From Clavibacter sp. (GTDB lineage Bacteria > Actinomycetota > Actinomycetes > Nanopelagicales > Nanopelagicaceae): 64,000 bases of DNA. Under the pieces are notes generated by a model, which saw nothing but the letters and a program-made list of their open reading frames with translations, had not been told where the DNA came from and did not search any database. The stretch spans positions 19,129-83,128 of the forward strand of contig BGOH01000006.1 in assembly GCA_003569145.1 (NCBI GenBank), written 5' to 3'. This document shows, one piece after another, positions 8,994-20,642 of this stretch (its first letter is position 1; every line of letters starts with the position of its first letter). The position numbers were made by a program, and so were the translations under genes.

Positions 8994-11100
8994 ATGTCGA
9001 CAGCGACTGCAATTGATCTAGCCAAGGTGCGAAATATCGGCATCATGGCCCATATCGATGCTGGTAAAACCACCACCACAGAGCGCATCCTTTTTTATAC
9101 CGGTATTAACTACAAAATCGGCGAAGTTCATGAGGGCGCAGCCACCATGGACTGGATGGAGCAGGAGCAAGAGCGAGGCATCACAATTACCTCAGCTGCT
9201 ACAACTTGCGAGTGGCGTGGCCACACCATCAACATCATTGATACCCCTGGTCACGTTGACTTCACAGTTGAAGTTGAGAGATCACTTCGAGTTCTAGATG
9301 GCGCAGTAACTGTTTTTGATGGCGTAGCTGGCGTTGAACCACAATCTGAAACTGTTCTGGCGCCAAGCTGATAAGTACAGCGTCCCTCGTATTTGTTTTG
9401 TTAACAAACTAGATCGCACTGGCGCAAACTTTGATCGCTGCGTTGAGATGATCGGTTCGCGTCTTGGCGCAACTGCTCTTGTGCTTCAAGTTCCAATTGG
9501 AGTTGAAGGTGACTTTATTGGAGTTGTTGATCTAATTGCTATGAAGGCACTCACCTGGAGAGGTGAGACCCAAAAGGGTGAAGATTATGTAATTGAAGAA
9601 ATTCCTGCAGACCTCAAAGAAAAATGTGATGCAGCTCGTTTTGCTCTGATTGAAACTCTCTCTGATGCAGATGATGCAATTATGGAGAAATACCTAGAGG
9701 GCGCAGCTATAAGTGAAGATGAAATTATCGCTGGAATTAGACGAGCAACTCTTGCTTATAAGTTAACTCCAGTTCTAACTGGTTCTGCCTTTAAGAATAA
9801 GGGCGTTCAACCAATGCTTGATGCCGTTACTCGCTATCTGCCATCACCTCTTGATGTTGAGGCGATTAAGGGAACCAAGATGGGTGATAAGAGCGTTGAA
9901 ATTGATAGAAAGCCAGATCCAAAAGAGCCTTATTCATCACTTGCCTTTAAGATCATGAGCGATCCACACCTTGGAAAGTTAACTTTCGTAAGAATTTACT
10001 CAGGTGTATTAGAGGCTGGAAGCGGCGTTCTAAACTCCACAAAAGATCGTAAAGAGCGCATCGGCAAGATCTATCGCATGCATGCCAATAAGAGAGAAGA
10101 AATTCCTCAGGCATCAGCCGGAGATATCATCGCTGTGATGGGTCTTAAGGACACCACCACCGGAGATACGCTCTGCGATATTGATAAGCCGGTGATCTTG
10201 GAGTCGATGGATTTCCCAGCTCCAGTTATCCACGTTGCTATTGAGCCAAAGACCAAGGGCGATCAAGAAAAACTTGGCGTTGCGATTCAAAGACTTGCTG
10301 AAGAAGATCCAACATTTCATGTTAGAACTGATGAAGAGACCGCACAGACCATCATTGGTGGAATGGGCGAGCTCCATCTAGAAATTCTTGTTGATCGTAT
10401 GAAGCGTGAATTTAAAGTTGAGGCAAATGTTGGAAAGCCACAAGTTGCTTATCGCGAGACTCTAAGAAAGCCAGTTGCTCGCTATGACTACACCCATAAG
10501 AAGCAGACCGGTGGATCTGGACAGTTTGCAAAGATTCAGATCGCACTTGAGCCACTTCCAGTTGGCGAAGTTGAAGGCGGATATGAATTCGTAAATAAAG
10601 TAACCGGTGGTCGTATCCCTAAGGAGTACATCCCTTCTGTTGATGATGGTTGCCAAGAGGCGCTACAAAATGGCCCACTTGCTGGTTATCCATTAACTGA
10701 TGTACGAGTAACTCTTCTTGATGGCGCTTATCACGATGTTGACTCATCGGAGTTGGCCTTCAAGATTGCTGGTATCGCAGCATTTAAGGAAGCGGCAAAA
10801 CTTGCCGGTCCGGTATTGCTCGAGCCAATGATGAGCGTTGAAGTCACCACCCCTGAAGATTTCATGGGCGATGTCATCGGCGATCTCAATAGCCGTCGTG
10901 GCCAAATCCAGGCCATGGATGAGCGAGCCGGTGCTCGCATCGTAAAGGCGCTAGTTCCACTCTCGGAGATGTTCGGCTATGTCGGAGATCTGCGCAGTAG
11001 AACTCAGGGCCGCGCGAGTTACAGCATGCAATTCGATTCCTATGCTGAAGTTCCAGCTGCGGTTTCGAAAGAAATCATCGCGAAGATTCGCGGCGAGTAA
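8994..11100 (+). pseudogene. fusA: Elongation factor G, reading frame broken by one extra nucleotide near 9355-9357 (probable sequence error)
   Basis: The N-terminal G-domain ([15 protein letters not shown]...DTPGHVDF) ends at a TGA at 9369-9371. The remainder ([20 protein letters not shown]...) continues in the +1 frame. Removing one base from GTTCTGG restores ...QSETVWRQADKY... Confidence 0.93.
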
Positions 11101-11138
11101 GTCAAATCCAATAACGAAATAAAGAAGGAGAAACCACA

Positions 11139-12332
11139 GTGGCAAAGGCAAAGTTCGAGCGGACGAAGCCGCACGCAAACATTGGCACCATTGGTCACAT
11201 CGACCACGGTAAGACCACTCTTACTGCTGCGATTTCCAAGGTGCTGCACGACAAATACCCAACCCTCAATGAGGTAAGCGCATTCGATCAGATCGATAAG
11301 GCTCCAGAGGAGCGCGCAAGAGGTATTACCATTTCGATTGCACATATCGAATACCAGACAGAGAAGCGTCACTACGCACACGTTGACTGTCCAGGCCATG
11401 CTGACTACATCAAGAATATGATCACTGGTGCAGCTCAGATGGATGGAGCAATTCTCGTAGTTGCTGCAACAGATGGACCAATGCCACAGACCAAGGAGCA
11501 CGTTCTCCTTGCTCGCCAAGTTGGCGTTCCATCAATTGTTGTCGCTCTTAATAAGTCTGACATGGTTGATGACGAGGACATCCTTGGTCTAGTTGAGGAA
11601 GAAGTCCGCGATCTACTAACTAAATATGAATTCCCAGGAAAAGACACTCCAATCATTCGCATCTCAGCTCTCAAGGCTCTCGAAGGAGATGCTGCATGGG
11701 GCGAGAAGATCATGGAACTTATGAATGCTGTTGATACATTCATTCCTCAGCCAGTACGCGAAGTTGATAAGCCATTCTTGATGCCAGTAGAAGATGTATT
11801 CACAATCACTGGTAGAGGAACTGTTGTAACTGGTCGTATTGAGCGCGGTATCGTCAAGGTCAACGAAGAAGTTGAAATTGTTGGTATCCGCACCGATTCA
11901 CAGAAGACCACAATCACCGGAGTTGAAATGTTCCGCAAGCTTCTTGATGAAGGTCAAGCTGGCGAAAACGTTGGTCTACTTCTTCGTGGTCTAAAGCGTG
12001 AAGATGTTGAGCGTGGACAGGTTGTTTGCAAGCCTGGCAGCGTTACACCACACACTGACTTTGAGGCATCTTCTTACATCCTTTCAAAGGATGAAGGCGG
12101 ACGTCACACACCATTCTTTAACAACTACCGTCCTCAGTTCTACTTCCGCACTACGGATGTAACTGGCGTAGTAACACTTCCATCAGGAACCGAAATGGTT
12201 ATGCCTGGTGACAACACTGCAATGACTGTGACTCTAATCCAGCCAGTTGCGATGGAAGAGGGTCTGCGTTTTGCTATCCGCGAAGGTGGACGCACTGTTG
12301 GCGCAGGTCGTGTAACAAAGATCGTTAAGTAG
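11139..12332 (+). CDS. tuf: Elongation factor Tu
   Basis: The 397-aa ORF starts with GTG after AAGGAG. It appears nearly identical in its conserved blocks to actinobacterial EF-Tu. Confidence 0.99.
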   Translation: MAKAKFERTKPHANIGTIGHIDHGKTTLTAAISKVLHDKYPTLNEVSAFDQIDKAPEERARGITISIAHIEYQTEKRHYAHVDCPGHADYIKNMITGAAQMDGAILVVAATDGPMPQTKEHVLLARQVGVPSIVVALNKSDMVDDEDILGLVEEEVRDLLTKYEFPGKDTPIIRISALKALEGDAAWGEKIMELMNAVDTFIPQPVREVDKPFLMPVEDVFTITGRGTVVTGRIERGIVKVNEEVEIVGIRTDSQKTTITGVEMFRKLLDEGQAGENVGLLLRGLKREDVERGQVVCKPGSVTPHTDFEASSYILSKDEGGRHTPFFNNYRPQFYFRTTDVTGVVTLPSGTEMVMPGDNTAMTVTLIQPVAMEEGLRFAIREGGRTVGAGRVTKIVK

Positions 12333-12350
12333 AGAAAAAAAGAAGTAATT

Positions 12351-12377
12351 AAATGGGGCGCGACAAGCGCCCCATTT
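12351..12377 (+). terminator. Stem-loop after tuf (terminator/attenuator without a long U-tract)
   Basis: A perfect 11-bp stem pairs AAATGGGGCGC with GCGCCCCATTT around a 5-nt loop. Only TTT follows. Confidence 0.5.
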
Positions 12378-12415
12378 AAAACAAGAAGCACTTAAGTAGA
12401 AGCGAGGGAATGAAA

Positions 12416-12724
12416 ATGGCGGGACAGAAGATCCGCATCAGGCTCAAGGCCTATGACCATGAGGTGATTGACTCTTCAGCGAAGAAAATCGTTGAAACAG
12501 TTGAGCGCACAGGGGCAACGGTCGCAGGCCCAGTTCCGCTGCCTACTGAGAAGAACACCTATTGCGTGATTCGCTCGCCACATAAATACAAAGATAGCCG
12601 CGAACATTTTGAGATGCGCACCCATAAGCGCCTAATCGACATCATCGATCCAACTCCTAAGACAGTTGATTCTTTGATGCGTCTTGATCTTCCTGCTGGC
12701 GTCGATATTGAGATTAAGCTCTAA
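12416..12724 (+). CDS. rpsJ: 30S ribosomal protein S10
   Basis: The sequence reads [15 protein letters not shown]... GAGGG lies 7 nt upstream of the ATG at 12416, and the ORF track starts two codons earlier. Confidence 0.96.
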   Translation: MAGQKIRIRLKAYDHEVIDSSAKKIVETVERTGATVAGPVPLPTEKNTYCVIRSPHKYKDSREHFEMRTHKRLIDIIDPTPKTVDSLMRLDLPAGVDIEIKL

Positions 12725-12740
12725 GGGGACCTCGACAACT

Positions 12741-13433
12741 ATGACAACTACTCAATCAAAGAGCAGCGCCATCAAGGGAATCCTTGGCGTCAAGCTCGGC
12801 ATGACTCAAGTCTTTGATGAAAATAGCCAAGCTATTCCAGTAACTGTTGTTCAGGCAGGTCCATGTGTTGTGACTCAGATCCGCACTCTGGAAAAAGATG
12901 GATATGAAGCTGTGCAATTGGCATTTGGCGCAATTGATCCAAGAAAAGTTTCCAAGCCAGAATCTGGTCAATTTGCTAAAGCTGGAGTTACTCCAAGAAA
13001 GTTTGTCGCAGAGCTAAGAACAGCTAGCGCTTCTTCCTACACAGTGGGACAAGAAGTTAAAGCAGATATTTTCACAGCCGGCGAAATCGTTGATGCCCAA
13101 GGAACATCTCTGGGTAAGGGATCTGCTGGTGTTATGAAGCGCCACAATTTCAGAGGTTTTGGCGATGGCCATGGTGTTGAGAGAAAGCACCGCACCTCAG
13201 GATCGATCGGTAACCGCACCACACCTGGACGCGTATTTAAAGGAAAGCGCATGATGGGTCGTATGGGCGTTGAGACTGTTACGGTTCAAAACTTAACTGT
13301 GCAAGCAGTTGATGTTGAGAAATCACTAATTCTTATTAAAGGCGCAATTCCTGGAAGAACTGGAGCGCAGGTCTTTATTCACTCAGCTTCAAAGAAGGCT
13401 CTTAGTGAAGTTATCAATAAGGCAGGTGCATAA
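12741..13433 (+). CDS. rplC: 50S ribosomal protein L3
   Basis: The sequence reads [25 protein letters not shown]... The ORF-track extension back to 12684 overlaps rpsJ and is not credible. Confidence 0.95.
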   Translation: MTTTQSKSSAIKGILGVKLGMTQVFDENSQAIPVTVVQAGPCVVTQIRTLEKDGYEAVQLAFGAIDPRKVSKPESGQFAKAGVTPRKFVAELRTASASSYTVGQEVKADIFTAGEIVDAQGTSLGKGSAGVMKRHNFRGFGDGHGVERKHRTSGSIGNRTTPGRVFKGKRMMGRMGVETVTVQNLTVQAVDVEKSLILIKGAIPGRTGAQVFIHSASKKALSEVINKAGA

Positions 13434-13435
13434 AG

Positions 13436-14115
13436 ATGTCGTTAACTATTGAAATTAAAGATGCAAAGGGTGCAAAGGCTGGAACCTTTGATCTTCCTGC
13501 AGAAATTTTTGATGTCCAGGTAAATGTGCCACTAATTCATCAAGTAGTAACTGCTCAGCTAAATGCAGCAAGAGCTGGAACTGCTAAGGCAAAAAACCGC
13601 GGTGAGGTTAGCGGTGGTGGTAAGAAGCCTTTCAAGCAGAAGGGAACTGGTAGAGCTCGTCAGGGTTCAACTCGTTCTCCAAATCAGCGCCATGGTGGTG
13701 TTGCTCAAGGACCAGTTCCTCGTAAATACGATGAGCGCACTCCTAAGAAAATGATTAAGGCAGCACTTCTGGCGTTCTCTCAGATCGAGCAAGAAATGAG
13801 CGAATCCATATCGTTTCAACCATCGTTGAAAGCGTAAATAGCAAAGCTGCTATCGCTGCAGTTCGCCAATTCTCAGATCGTCGCCGAGTACTTGTTGTTC
13901 TAGCTCATGGCGAAGAGGCTTCATGGCGCTCACTTCGCAACGAAGAAGATTTACATCTAATCCGTCAGGATCAGTTAAATGCCTACGATGTTGTAGTTGC
14001 TGATGACTTGGTATTTTCCAAAAAAGCTATCACTGATTTTGTTGCAGGCCCTAGCAAAGGCAAGAGCGTTACAGCCAGAGCTTTTGAATCAGAGTTAGAG
14101 GAGGCCTTGGCATGA
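13436..14115 (+). pseudogene. rplD: 50S ribosomal protein L4, frame broken by one missing nucleotide near 13771 (probable sequence error)
   Basis: The N-terminal 112 aa are typical L4. After ...KKMIKAALL the conserved continuation (G)[19 protein letters not shown]...ELEEALA lies in the -1 frame. It ends at 14113-14115, overlapping the rplW ATG. Confidence 0.9.
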
Positions 14116-14405
14116 GAGATCATCGCGAAGTTCTAATTGCTCCAGTGGTTTCAGAGAAGTCATACGGCATGCTCGATGAGAATAAGTACACCTTCATCGT
14201 TGCACCTGATGCCAATAAGACTGAGATCAAGATTGCAGTTGAGAAGATTTTCAAAGTTCGCGTTCTCAAGGTCAACACAATGAACCGTGAGGGCAAGAGC
14301 AAGATCACTCGTTATGGAGTTGGAAAGCGAAGCGATACTAAGCGCGCGATTGTGCAAATCGCAGCTGGAGATCGCATCGACATCTTTGGAGGCCCTGTCT
14401 CCTAG
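14112..14405 (+). CDS. rplW: 50S ribosomal protein L23
   Basis: The 97-aa ORF is at the syntenic position. Confidence 0.95.
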   Translation: MRDHREVLIAPVVSEKSYGMLDENKYTFIVAPDANKTEIKIAVEKIFKVRVLKVNTMNREGKSKITRYGVGKRSDTKRAIVQIAAGDRIDIFGGPVS

Positions 14406-14442
14406 TAATAGGCGATGGGATTAATAAGAAAAGGGATATGAC

Positions 14443-15276
14443 ATGGCACTTCGTAAGTTAAGACCGGTAACGCCGAGCTCTCGTGGCCAGAGCGTTTCCG
14501 ACTTTGCTGAGATCACCCGATCTACTCCAGAGAAGTCACTTATTCGTCCGATTAACTCTCGCGGTGGTCGTAACGCCTCAGGCAAGATCACAACTCGCCA
14601 TCAAGGCGGCGGACATAAGCGCGCCTATCGCGTAATTGATTTCTTGCGTAATGATAAAGATGGCGTTCCTGCAGTAATTGCACAAATTGAATACGATCCA
14701 AATCGCTCTGCCCGCATTGCACTTGTGCACTTTGCTGATGGCGAGAAGCGCTACATCATCGCTCCTCTTGGCGTTGAGCAGGGAACAAAGATTGAAAATG
14801 GCCCAACTGCAGATATTAAGCCTGGCAATAACTTGCCGCTAAGAAACATTCCAGTTGGAACAATGATTCATGCAATTGAAACTCGCCCAGGTGGGGGAGC
14901 AAGAATTGCAAGATCTGCTGGAGCATCTGTGCAGTTAGTTGCAAAAGATGGTCCATATGCCCAGCTCCGTATGCCATCTGGCGAAATTAGAAATGTTGAT
15001 GTCAGATGCCGCGCAACAATCGGCGTGGTTGGTAATGCTGAGCAATCAAATATTAACCATGGAAAAGCAGGACGTATGCGCTGGAAAGGCCGTCGTCCAA
15101 CGGTTCGTGGTGTTGTTATGAACCCAGTTGATCACCCTCATGGTGGTGGAGAAGGAAAGACCTCTGGAGGTCGCCATCCTGTTTCACCTTGGGGTAAACC
15201 TGAGGCTCGTACTCGTAAGAAAAAATCTAGTGATCAATTGATCATTCGTCGTCGTCCAGCTAATAAGAGCCGATAA
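14443..15276 (+). CDS. rplB: 50S ribosomal protein L2
   Basis: The 277-aa ORF contains the [19 protein letters not shown] and [14 protein letters not shown] motifs. Confidence 0.98.
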   Translation: MALRKLRPVTPSSRGQSVSDFAEITRSTPEKSLIRPINSRGGRNASGKITTRHQGGGHKRAYRVIDFLRNDKDGVPAVIAQIEYDPNRSARIALVHFADGEKRYIIAPLGVEQGTKIENGPTADIKPGNNLPLRNIPVGTMIHAIETRPGGGARIARSAGASVQLVAKDGPYAQLRMPSGEIRNVDVRCRATIGVVGNAEQSNINHGKAGRMRWKGRRPTVRGVVMNPVDHPHGGGEGKTSGGRHPVSPWGKPEARTRKKKSSDQLIIRRRPANKSR

Positions 15277-15292
15277 GGAGCCCTGAAACCAA

Positions 15293-15580
15293 ATGCCACG
15301 TAGTTTGAAGAAGGGTCCCTTTGTGGATCTACACCTGGAAAAGAAGGTGGATGAACAGAATGCGAAGAACACCAAGACAGTTATTAAGACTTGGTCACGT
15401 CGCTCAATGATCACGCCATCAATGATTGGTCACACCATTGCAGTCCATGATGGACGCAAGCATGTTCCGGTCTATGTCACAGAGGCAATGATTGGTCACA
15501 AGCTCGGTGAGTTTGCACCAACAAGAACATTTAGAGGACACGTCAGACAAGAAGATCGGACGGTGACCCGTGCCGAGTAA
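15293..15580 (+). CDS. rpsS: 30S ribosomal protein S19
   Basis: The 95-aa ORF reads [12 protein letters not shown]... Confidence 0.97.
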   Translation: MPRSLKKGPFVDLHLEKKVDEQNAKNTKTVIKTWSRRSMITPSMIGHTIAVHDGRKHVPVYVTEAMIGHKLGEFAPTRTFRGHVRQEDRTVTRAE

Positions 15581-16103
15581 TACTCCTTTAGTAGCTAAAG
15601 CATCACTTAGCTCAATTCGTGTAACTCCTCAGAAAGCTCGTCGCGTAGTAAATATGATCCGCGGCCAGAGAGCTGATGAGGCGCTAAGAATTGCTAAGTT
15701 CTCACCACAGATTGCAGTAAGTGAAGATCTCTATTCACTACTTAACTCTGCTGTGGCAAATGCTAAGCAGAAAAATCCTGCAATTAGAGATGCCTCAGAG
15801 CTCTGGGTAACCGAGGCTCTAGTTGATGAGGGCATCACAATGAAGCGCTATCGCCCGCGCGCCCAGGGCCGTGGCTATCAGATCTTGAAGCGCTCTTCAC
15901 AGATTTCTGTAGTTCTATCTGATGATAAGAATTATCGAAAGCCAACAAAAGAGCAGGCAAGAAAATTAGCAGCAGCAGCTCTTGCAGCAGCTAGTGAAGT
16001 TGTGGCAGATGAGAAACCTGCAGCAGCAAAGAAAGCTCCGGTTAAAAAGGCTAGCGCCAAAAAGGCAGCAGCTAAGAAAACTACAGAGCAGGAGGCGAAG
16101 TAA
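15570..16103 (+). CDS. rplV: 50S ribosomal protein L22 with an Ala/Lys-rich C-terminal extension
   Basis: The 177-aa ORF has an L22 core followed by ...[20 protein letters not shown]... Confidence 0.93.
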   Translation: MPSNTPLVAKASLSSIRVTPQKARRVVNMIRGQRADEALRIAKFSPQIAVSEDLYSLLNSAVANAKQKNPAIRDASELWVTEALVDEGITMKRYRPRAQGRGYQILKRSSQISVVLSDDKNYRKPTKEQARKLAAAALAAASEVVADEKPAAAKKAPVKKASAKKAAAKKTTEQEAK

Positions 16104-16922
16104 ATGGGTCAAAAAATCAACCCTCATGGCTTCCGCCTAGGAATCACCACTGAGTACAAGTCTCGCTGGTATGCCGAGAAGCTTTATAAAGATTATGTAA
16201 AAGAAGATGTGATGATCCGTCGCATGATGGAGAAGAACATGGAGAGGGCTGGAGTATCTCGAATTGAAATCGAGCGTACTCGTGAGCGCGTCCGTATCGA
16301 TCTTCACACCGCTCGTCCTGGAATTGTGATTGGACGTAGGGGAACTGAAGCAGATCGTCTCCGTCTTGATCTTGAGAAATTAACTGGCAAGCAAGTTCAG
16401 TTAAATATCTTGGAAGTTAAGAATCCTGAAATTGATGCCCAACTAGTAGCGCGCGGTGTTGCAGAGCAATTAGCAGCTCGCGTCTCTTTCCGCCGGGCAA
16501 TGCGTAAAGCAATGCAGACTGCATTTAAAGCAGGAGCAAAGGGTGTTCGTATCCAATGCGGTGGACGTCTTGGTGGGGCAGAAATGTCGCGCTCTGAGTT
16601 CTATCGCGAAGGAAGAGTTCCACTTCATACCCTAAGAGCTGATATTGATTACGGCTTTGCTGAAGCCCACACCACATTTGGTCGCTTAGGTGTGAAGGTC
16701 TGGATTTATAAGGGCGAAGTTATCGCTTCAAGAACTGAGCGCGAAGCAGCTGCTCTTGCGCAAGTTCAAGCAGCTAAGGCTGAGCGCGCACCAAAGCGTG
16801 CACCTCGCGCGCCAAAGGGTGAAGTGACAAAGACATCTGTTGCAGAACGAGCAAATGAAGCTGCAGCTGCCGTTGAAAGCGAAGTAAGCCCTGAAGTTAA
16901 AAGCGAAGGAAGTGATGCATAA
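16104..16922 (+). CDS. rpsC: 30S ribosomal protein S3
   Basis: The 272-aa ORF reads [15 protein letters not shown]... and has a C-terminal acidic/Ala-rich extension. Confidence 0.97.
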   Translation: MGQKINPHGFRLGITTEYKSRWYAEKLYKDYVKEDVMIRRMMEKNMERAGVSRIEIERTRERVRIDLHTARPGIVIGRRGTEADRLRLDLEKLTGKQVQLNILEVKNPEIDAQLVARGVAEQLAARVSFRRAMRKAMQTAFKAGAKGVRIQCGGRLGGAEMSRSEFYREGRVPLHTLRADIDYGFAEAHTTFGRLGVKVWIYKGEVIASRTEREAAALAQVQAAKAERAPKRAPRAPKGEVTKTSVAERANEAAAAVESEVSPEVKSEGSDA

Positions 16923-17335
16923 TGTTAATTCCACGTCGCGTTAAGCATCGCAAGCAACATCGTCCAAAGCGTTCTGGAAATGCTAAGGGCGGAACAGCGG
17001 TTGCATTCGGTGATTTTGGTCTGCAAGCAACTGAGGGTGGTTATGTAACTAACCGTCAGATTGAAGCAGCTCGTATCGCAATGACTCGTCATATTAAGCG
17101 CGGTGGAAAGGTTTGGATCAATATCTATCCAGATCGCCCACTAACTAAGAAGCCTGCTGAAACCCGTATGGGTTCTGGTAAGGGATCTCCAGAATTCTGG
17201 ATCGCAAATGTGAAACCAGGAAGAGTTTTATTTGAAATATCTGGCGTAACGCTAGATGTTGCAAATCAAGCGCTCTCTCGCGCAGCTCATAAACTCCCAG
17301 TCAAATCTCGCGTAGTAATTCGCGAGGAGGTATAA
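16922..17335 (+). CDS. rplP: 50S ribosomal protein L16
   Basis: The 137-aa ORF reads [14 protein letters not shown]... Confidence 0.97.
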   Translation: MLIPRRVKHRKQHRPKRSGNAKGGTAVAFGDFGLQATEGGYVTNRQIEAARIAMTRHIKRGGKVWINIYPDRPLTKKPAETRMGSGKGSPEFWIANVKPGRVLFEISGVTLDVANQALSRAAHKLPVKSRVVIREEV

Positions 17336-17337
17336 CC

Positions 17338-17556
17338 ATGGCAAAGATGATCACTACTGAAGAACTTAGAGCTCTAAGCACTGAAGATCTTGCAGAGAAG
17401 TTAAAGGATTCAAAGGAAGAGTTATTCAACCTTCGTTTCCAAGCTGCAACCGGTCAACTTGAGAGCCATGGACGCCTAACTGCGGTCCGTAAAGAGATTG
17501 CCAAGATCTATACCGTTATTCGTGAACGCGAACTAGGAATTGGAGGAGCGGCATGA
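17338..17556 (+). CDS. rpmC: 50S ribosomal protein L29
   Basis: The 72-aa ORF is at the syntenic position and contains [11 protein letters not shown]. Confidence 0.93.
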   Translation: MAKMITTEELRALSTEDLAEKLKDSKEELFNLRFQAATGQLESHGRLTAVRKEIAKIYTVIRERELGIGGAA

Positions 17557-17813
17557 GTGAGGATAGAAAGTTTCGCAAGACTCGCGAAGGCGTAGTTGTT
17601 AGCGACAAGATGGATAAGACTGTGGTGGTAAAGGTTGAAGACCGCGCTGCTCATGGCCTCTATTCCAAAGTTATTACCAAGAATAAGAAGTTTAAGGCTC
17701 ACGATGAAGATAACACCGCCGGTGTTGGAGATCGCGTGCGCATTATGGAAACCCGTCCACTTTCGGCAACTAAGCGTTGGCGTGTAGTGGAGATTATCGA
17801 GAAGGCTAAGTAA
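17553..17813 (+). CDS. rpsQ: 30S ribosomal protein S17
   Basis: The 86-aa ORF is at the syntenic position. Confidence 0.94.
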   Translation: MSEDRKFRKTREGVVVSDKMDKTVVVKVEDRAAHGLYSKVITKNKKFKAHDEDNTAGVGDRVRIMETRPLSATKRWRVVEIIEKAK

Positions 17814-17815
17814 CC

Positions 17816-18184
17816 ATGATCCAAGCAGAGTCACGACTACGAGTCGCCGATAACACAGGAGCTAGAGAGCTTCTCTGTATTCGCGTGCTAGGTGGAACCC
17901 AACGTCGCTATGCCTCAATCGGTGATGTCATTGTCTGTTCCGTTAAGGATGCAATTCCTGGCGGACAGGTTAAGAAAGGTGAAGTCGTTAAGGCTGTCAT
18001 CGTTCGAACTGTTAAAGAGAACCGTAGAGCTGATGGTTCCTACATTAAATTTGATGAGAATGCTGCAGTAATTATCAAGGAAGATAACGAACCAAGAGGA
18101 ACCCGTATTTTCGGACCTGTTGCTAGAGAGCTTCGTGATAAGCGCTTTATGAAGATCATCTCACTTGCCCCGGAGGTGCTGTAA
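17816..18184 (+). CDS. rplN: 50S ribosomal protein L14
   Basis: The 122-aa ORF reads [16 protein letters not shown]... Confidence 0.98.
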   Translation: MIQAESRLRVADNTGARELLCIRVLGGTQRRYASIGDVIVCSVKDAIPGGQVKKGEVVKAVIVRTVKENRRADGSYIKFDENAAVIIKEDNEPRGTRIFGPVARELRDKRFMKIISLAPEVL

Positions 18185-18498
18185 TGAGAATAAAGAAAGG
18201 TGACACAGTTCTAGTCATCGCAGGAAAAGATAAAGGTGTAACTGGCAAAGTATTGGCCGTTAATACCGTTACTGCCCGCGTAACTGTTGAAGGTGTTAAC
18301 CGCGTCAAGAAGCATACGAAAGAAGATACTTCACAGCGCGGCGCCAAAGTTGGCGGAATTCTCACTATTGAAGCCCCAATTGCTTACTCCAATGTGATGT
18401 TGCTAGATGATGATAATAAGGCAACCCGGATTGCAGTTCGCAAAAATGAAGAAGGCAAGAACATTCGTATCTCTAGAAGAACTGGAGGGGATCTATAA
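18184..18498 (+). CDS. rplX: 50S ribosomal protein L24
   Basis: The 104-aa ORF has a KOW motif, [16 protein letters not shown]. Confidence 0.96.
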   Translation: MRIKKGDTVLVIAGKDKGVTGKVLAVNTVTARVTVEGVNRVKKHTKEDTSQRGAKVGGILTIEAPIAYSNVMLLDDDNKATRIAVRKNEEGKNIRISRRTGGDL

Positions 18499-19065
18499 AT
18501 GAGTACCGCTATTGCACCTCGTTTAAAAGAGATCTATAAATCTCAGATCGCTCCTGCCCTACAGAGCGAATTTAACTTCTCAAATAGAATGCAGATTCCA
18601 ACCCTTTCCAAGATTGTGGTCAATATGGGCGTTGGCGAAGCAGCTAAGGATTCAAAGTTAATTGAAGGCGCAATTAGAGACCTTGCCGCAATTACTGGAC
18701 AGCGTCCATTAGTTACTAAGGCGAGAAAATCAATTGCTAACTTCAAACTCCGTGAAGGCCAGCCAATTGGCGCCCATGTCACCCTAAGAGGGGACCGGAT
18801 GTGGGAGTTTATGGACCGGCTATTAACAGTTTCTCTGCCAAGAATCCGCGATTTCCGCGGCCTTTCTCCAAAGCAATTTGATGGCAAAGGAAATTACACC
18901 TTCGGTCTAACTGAGCAAGTCGTCTTTCTTGAAATTGAGCAAGACAAGCTAGATCGAGTCCGTGGAATGGATATCACCATCGTAACTTCAGCCAAGAACG
19001 ATAACGAAGGCCGTGCGCTACTTAAGGCGCTTGGTTTTCCGTTTAAGGATCAAGGGGAGAAATAA
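18499..19065 (+). CDS. rplE: 50S ribosomal protein L5
   Basis: The 188-aa ORF is at the syntenic position. Confidence 0.97.
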   Translation: MSTAIAPRLKEIYKSQIAPALQSEFNFSNRMQIPTLSKIVVNMGVGEAAKDSKLIEGAIRDLAAITGQRPLVTKARKSIANFKLREGQPIGAHVTLRGDRMWEFMDRLLTVSLPRIRDFRGLSPKQFDGKGNYTFGLTEQVVFLEIEQDKLDRVRGMDITIVTSAKNDNEGRALLKALGFPFKDQGEK

Positions 19066-19068
19066 ATA

Positions 19069-19254
19069 ATGGCAAAGACATCACTGAAGGTTAAGGCAAG
19101 CCGCAAACCTAAATTTAAGGTTCGTGGATACACACGTTGCCAACGTTGTGGCCGACCACATTCGGTCTATCAGAAATTCGGCATCTGCCGAGTCTGCTTC
19201 CGCGAGATGGCACACCGCGGTGAACTTCCTGGTATTACGAAAGCTTCCTGGTAA
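19069..19254 (+). CDS. rpsN: 30S ribosomal protein S14, zinc-binding type Z
   Basis: The 61-aa ORF has CQRC...CRVC zinc-ribbon cysteines. Confidence 0.95.
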   Translation: MAKTSLKVKASRKPKFKVRGYTRCQRCGRPHSVYQKFGICRVCFREMAHRGELPGITKASW

Positions 19255-19315
19255 CAACTATTGGAAAGGTCCCTTGTATGAGGGAAACCAGCCAAAGAAA
19301 GGCGATGAGCCAACT

Positions 19316-19720
19316 ATGACAATGACCGACCCGATCGCAGACATGCTCTCTCGTTTGCGTAACGCCAATATGGCCTACCATGAAGTGGTTTCTATGCCAT
19401 CTTCATCGGTGAAGGTTCGTATTGCCGAAATTTTGCAGAGAGAGGGATATATCGGTGGCTATAAAGTCAGCGATAACCCTGAAGGTTTTGGAAAAACCTT
19501 AACTCTTGACCTTAAATATGGTTCAAATCGTGAGCGATCAATTGCTGGTCTGCGCCGCGTTTCAAAGCCAGGTCTTCGCGTTTATGCCAAATCAACTGGA
19601 CTTCCTAAAGTATTAGGCGGACTTGGTGTGGCAATTATTTCCACATCACAAGGATTACTCACTGATCGACAAGCTAACAAGAATGGCGTAGGCGGAGAAG
19701 TTCTCGCTTACGTATGGTGA
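19316..19720 (+). CDS. rpsH: 30S ribosomal protein S8
   Basis: The sequence reads [17 protein letters not shown]... The ORF-track start at 19124 is an out-of-frame overlap with rpsN. Confidence 0.95.
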   Translation: MTMTDPIADMLSRLRNANMAYHEVVSMPSSSVKVRIAEILQREGYIGGYKVSDNPEGFGKTLTLDLKYGSNRERSIAGLRRVSKPGLRVYAKSTGLPKVLGGLGVAIISTSQGLLTDRQANKNGVGGEVLAYVW

Positions 19721-19725
19721 TTGCT

Positions 19726-20268
19726 ATGTCACGTATCGGAAAAATGCCAGTGGCCATTCCTTCAGGGGTTGAGGTAAATATCTCTGGTCAATCAGTCTCT
19801 GTTAAAGGTCCTAAGGGAACGCTAAGCCATGTGCTTCCTGAGTTAATTACTCCTAAGAAAGAGGAGAGCTCAGTAGTACTAACACGCGCTAATGATGAGC
19901 GCGCAGCAAAGAGCCTTCATGGCCTTTCTCGCACTCTGATTTCAAATATGGTTACTGGCGTTACAGCTGGTTACTCAAAGAAAATTATGATTGTTGGAGT
20001 TGGATATAAAGTAGCGGCAAAGGGCAAAGATCTAGAGTTTGCACTGGGCTACTCACACCCAATTAATTTCGCAGCTCCTGCCGGAATTACCTTCACTGTT
20101 GAATCACCTACTGATCTAATCGTTTCAGGCGTTGATAAGCAGCTAGTTGGAGAAGTTGTTGCCAAGATTCAAAAACTTCGCAAAGCCGATCCATATAAAG
20201 GCAAGGGTCTGCATCTACAAGGTGCGCGCATTCGCCGCAAAGCTGGAAAGACAGGTAAGAAGGCATGA
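19726..20268 (+). CDS. rplF: 50S ribosomal protein L6
   Basis: The sequence reads [15 protein letters not shown]... The ATG lies four codons inside the ORF-track start. Confidence 0.95.
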   Translation: MSRIGKMPVAIPSGVEVNISGQSVSVKGPKGTLSHVLPELITPKKEESSVVLTRANDERAAKSLHGLSRTLISNMVTGVTAGYSKKIMIVGVGYKVAAKGKDLEFALGYSHPINFAAPAGITFTVESPTDLIVSGVDKQLVGEVVAKIQKLRKADPYKGKGLHLQGARIRRKAGKTGKKA

Positions 20269-20642
20269 ATATCTCTAAGAAGATTGTTAAGGGCTCTACT
20301 CAAGTTGCCCGCGCCCGTCGCCACTTTAGAGTGCGAAAGAGAGTTACCGGAACATCTGAGCGTCCACGCTTAGTTGTTACTCGCTCTGCTCGCCACTTAG
20401 TTGCGCAAATCGTTGATGATTCACGTGGCCATACTCTGGCCTCTGCTTCAACTATGGAAAAAGAGCTAAGAGCAACATCTGCAGATAAGACTAAGAAGGC
20501 AAGAAGCGTTGGCCAATTAGTTGCAGATCGCGCAAAAGCAGCTGGAGTTACCACAGTGGTCTTTGACCGTGGTGGAAATCGTTACACCGGGCGAGTAGCA
20601 GCGCTTGCCGAAGGTGCTAGAGAGAATGGGTTGGACTTCTAA
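20265..20642 (+). CDS. rplR: 50S ribosomal protein L18
   Basis: The 125-aa ORF is at the syntenic position. Confidence 0.95.
   Translation: MNISKKIVKGSTQVARARRHFRVRKRVTGTSERPRLVVTRSARHLVAQIVDDSRGHTLASASTMEKELRATSADKTKKARSVGQLVADRAKAAGVTTVVFDRGGNRYTGRVAALAEGARENGLDF

Noticed and set aside
11040-11519. A 159-aa minus-strand ORF overlapping the fusA end and the tuf start.
   Set aside because: It is antisense to two of the most conserved genes in bacteria. It is Cys/Ser/Leu-rich with low-complexity composition, and it has no RBS and no recognisable domain. It is a typical shadow ORF.
9350-13776. A shared 8-mer, TTCTGGCG, at both the fusA and rplD frameshift sites, considered as a possible programmed-frameshift signal.
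   Set aside because: The two sites need opposite corrections (+1 versus -1). The other seven frameshift sites do not contain the motif. There is no slippery heptamer, stimulatory SD or downstream structure. Coincidence combined with indel error is the simpler explanation.
17508-17834. A 108-aa minus-strand ORF antisense to rpmC/rpsQ. Similar antisense ORFs occur at 49550-49969 (139 aa), 57335-57688 (117 aa), 55128-55496 (122 aa), 61257-61559 (100 aa) and 41846-42193 (115 aa).
   Set aside because: All lie entirely inside well-supported plus-strand genes or across the CIRCE/groES region. They lack RBS and domains, and their composition mirrors the complementary codon usage.
19124-19315. A long 5' extension of the rpsH ORF (198 aa in the ORF track).
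   Set aside because: It overlaps rpsN out of frame. S8 homologues begin [11 protein letters not shown], which corresponds to the ATG at 19316.
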